A stretch of 63,581 bases of DNA, filler included, from Dugesia japonica (Eukaryota), in NCBI GenBank assembly GCA_001938525.1. It is 6 parts of 6 records of this genome, joined end to end, with 100 filler letters (N's around TTAATTAATTAA, not from the genome) between each part and the next. Parts side by side here need not be neighbours in the genome. Positions count along the whole stretch, not along the records: positions 52,987 to 63,581 come from MQRL01617465.1; 5 more parts are not named here. One strand, 5' to 3'. Of this stretch, positions 61,870 to 63,581 are shown in pieces (positions within the stretch are counted from its first letter, which is position 1; the number at the start of each line of letters is the position of its first letter). The notes beneath the pieces are model-generated. The model searched no databases. It saw nothing but the letters and a program-made list of their open reading frames with translations, and was not told where the DNA came from. The position numbers were made by a program, and so were the translations under genes.

Positions 61870-63581
61870 TTGTTATTGCAGTTGTATTCAATTTTTTATT
61901 CAATTGTATTGAAGCATGTTAGCATTTATTTCAATAAACGTTTGTATTAAATTGTTAATTCATTGATATTTATTAATCTGTTTAAAAGTATATTTGTCAA
62001 AGTTTTAATGTTATAGTTAATAATTATATAAATTACTTCATGAGTAAATTAGAAGAATTTTTAGCTAGTTTAGGTTATCCTATTATGGTGGCAGTGGTTA
62101 ACACCGACTCAATTACCGAACGTCTGCTTCCAAAAATATTTTGCAAAGGTGACGATATTGAGCGTTTTATTAAGAGATGTGAGCTATATTTTGATGCAAA
62201 GGGATGAAGATTTAGTAGAAGAATACGTTTAGACAGCGAAGAAAACCAAGGGGTTTCAGTCCCGTTTGCATCTGGATTTTGAAAAAGATAAAGATATAGT
62301 GGATGATTTACAGAATTTATTAAATTTTAAACGAGGAAACATTTAGGTGGAATCATATAAAAAGAAAGTAGAAAATATGGTAGGTAAGATATTTGATAAT
62401 AAAGAGTTTACAAAGGTATAGTTAATTGCCAAAATGCTTGTACTTTGTGCTGAAAATCGGAAGATAATAGAAGAAGTAGTGCTTAAAAAACTGGAAACAT
62501 TAGAAGAAATTAAAGAAACATTAGTTTTGTCGGATCGAGTGGAACAGAAGAGGGAACAAGTTAATGTGGTACACAACGAGCGGAACGGAGAAAGTTTTCA
62601 AATAACAGACAATGTGATAGAAGTGAAGACAAAAGAGAATGAAAATGTTGGATATGCCATAAAGGTGGTCATAGCAGAGATAATTGTCCTGTGATAGAAG
62701 TACATGAATGTTAGTCGTGTCATAAAAAGGGTCATATTAGTAGAGAATACCAAGAAAGACTACAAATTAGATGTTTCGGGTTTGGGAAAGTCGGTCATAT
62801 TAGAAGATGGTGCTCAGAGGGGCGATGCAGACAATATAGACAAGTATAGACAACCATTAGATTTATAGAGTAAAATTGACGAGGCAATTCAGAATTTATT
62901 TGAAAATAATATCATTAGGAAATGCAATTCACCTTGGAATACACCACTGGTGTGCATTTGGAAGAAAGATAAGAAAGATATTCGTTTATGTTTAGATTTT
63001 AGGAGATTAAATGCAATAACAGAGAGACAGGCTTTTTCTATGCCGAATATAAATGAAATGTTGAATGCATTGAACGGATCTGAGTATTTCAGTATGATTG
63101 ACTTAAGGAACGCATATTATCAAGTAGAGTTAGATGAAGAATCACAGGAGAAAACGGTCTTTTCAACCAAAGTAGGGCCATTCTGTTTAATTAGAAGGCC
63201 GTTTAGAATAGCGGTGGCACATGTAACGTTTCAAGAGATGATGATGTAGGTGATAGGAGGTTTGGTCGGAGCAATGGTGTATTTAAATGACATTTTGATT
63301 TTCTCAAATTCGAAAGAAAAACATTATAAAATCATTGACATGGTGTTATCAAGAATTATGGATGCGGGATTGAGGATAAATGCGGGAAAATGTGTGTTTC
63401 TCTAAAAAGAGATTAAATTTCTAGGTTATATTATTAGTGTGAAAGGAGTACGTACTGATTCAGCGAATATAGAAGCTATAAAGACATTGAGAAGTTTTCT
63501 CGGAATTTGTAACTATTATAGAAAATTCATAAAAGGGTATGCAAATAAAGCTCGAATATTAGAACAATTATGAAGTGGGCC
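61870..63581 (+). mobile_element. Second Ty3/Gypsy: probable LTR end, PBS (TGGTGGCAG, 62086), gag with three CCHC knuckles, RT
   Basis: CWICHKGGHSRDNC-type knuckles; SPWNTPLV, IRLCLDFRRLN, IDLRNAYYQV and YLNDILIFS motifs. Confidence 0.9.

Overview
Very AT-rich, intron-containing animal DNA, almost entirely decayed mobile elements. A flatworm-like host is a guess only. The window is six unplaced contigs joined by artificial N-TTAATTAATTAA-N linkers (~8789, 20237, 32385, 41432, 52931), so adjacency across linkers is meaningless. The only clear host gene is a two-exon fragment of a TFAP4/AP-4 bHLH gene (2268-2680). Ordinary TEs: several Ty3/Gypsy copies, a full-length mariner, two hAT derivatives with 8-bp TSDs, pogo/MULE fragments, a Penelope-like element with a hammerhead-like motif, and a 49-bp satellite. 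The main signal is a dense set of Polinton/Maverick (adintovirus-like) endogenous elements of two lineages. (A) A complete 5.1-kb deletion derivative (34493-39603) has ~190-bp TIRs that each contain an internal 25-bp hairpin, a 6-bp TSD, and remnants of MCP, penton, ATPase, protease and integrase. (B, C) Two copies of a second lineage share the order core protein-integrase-penton-core protein-MCP; B adds an upstream ATPase. Copy B also carries a divergent TATA-binding-protein (TBP) homologue head-to-head with the ATPase, plus a small spliced gene. Five Polinton-type termini share an 18-nt AGTAG-N8-TGGCG core, and three of four insertion sites lie inside Gypsy coding sequence. Separately, an unclassified cassette of two coiled-coil ORFs followed by a covarying, pseudoknot-like non-coding motif recurs in three contigs. 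Nearly all ORFs are pseudogenised; all calls come from motif recognition by eye, without database searches.
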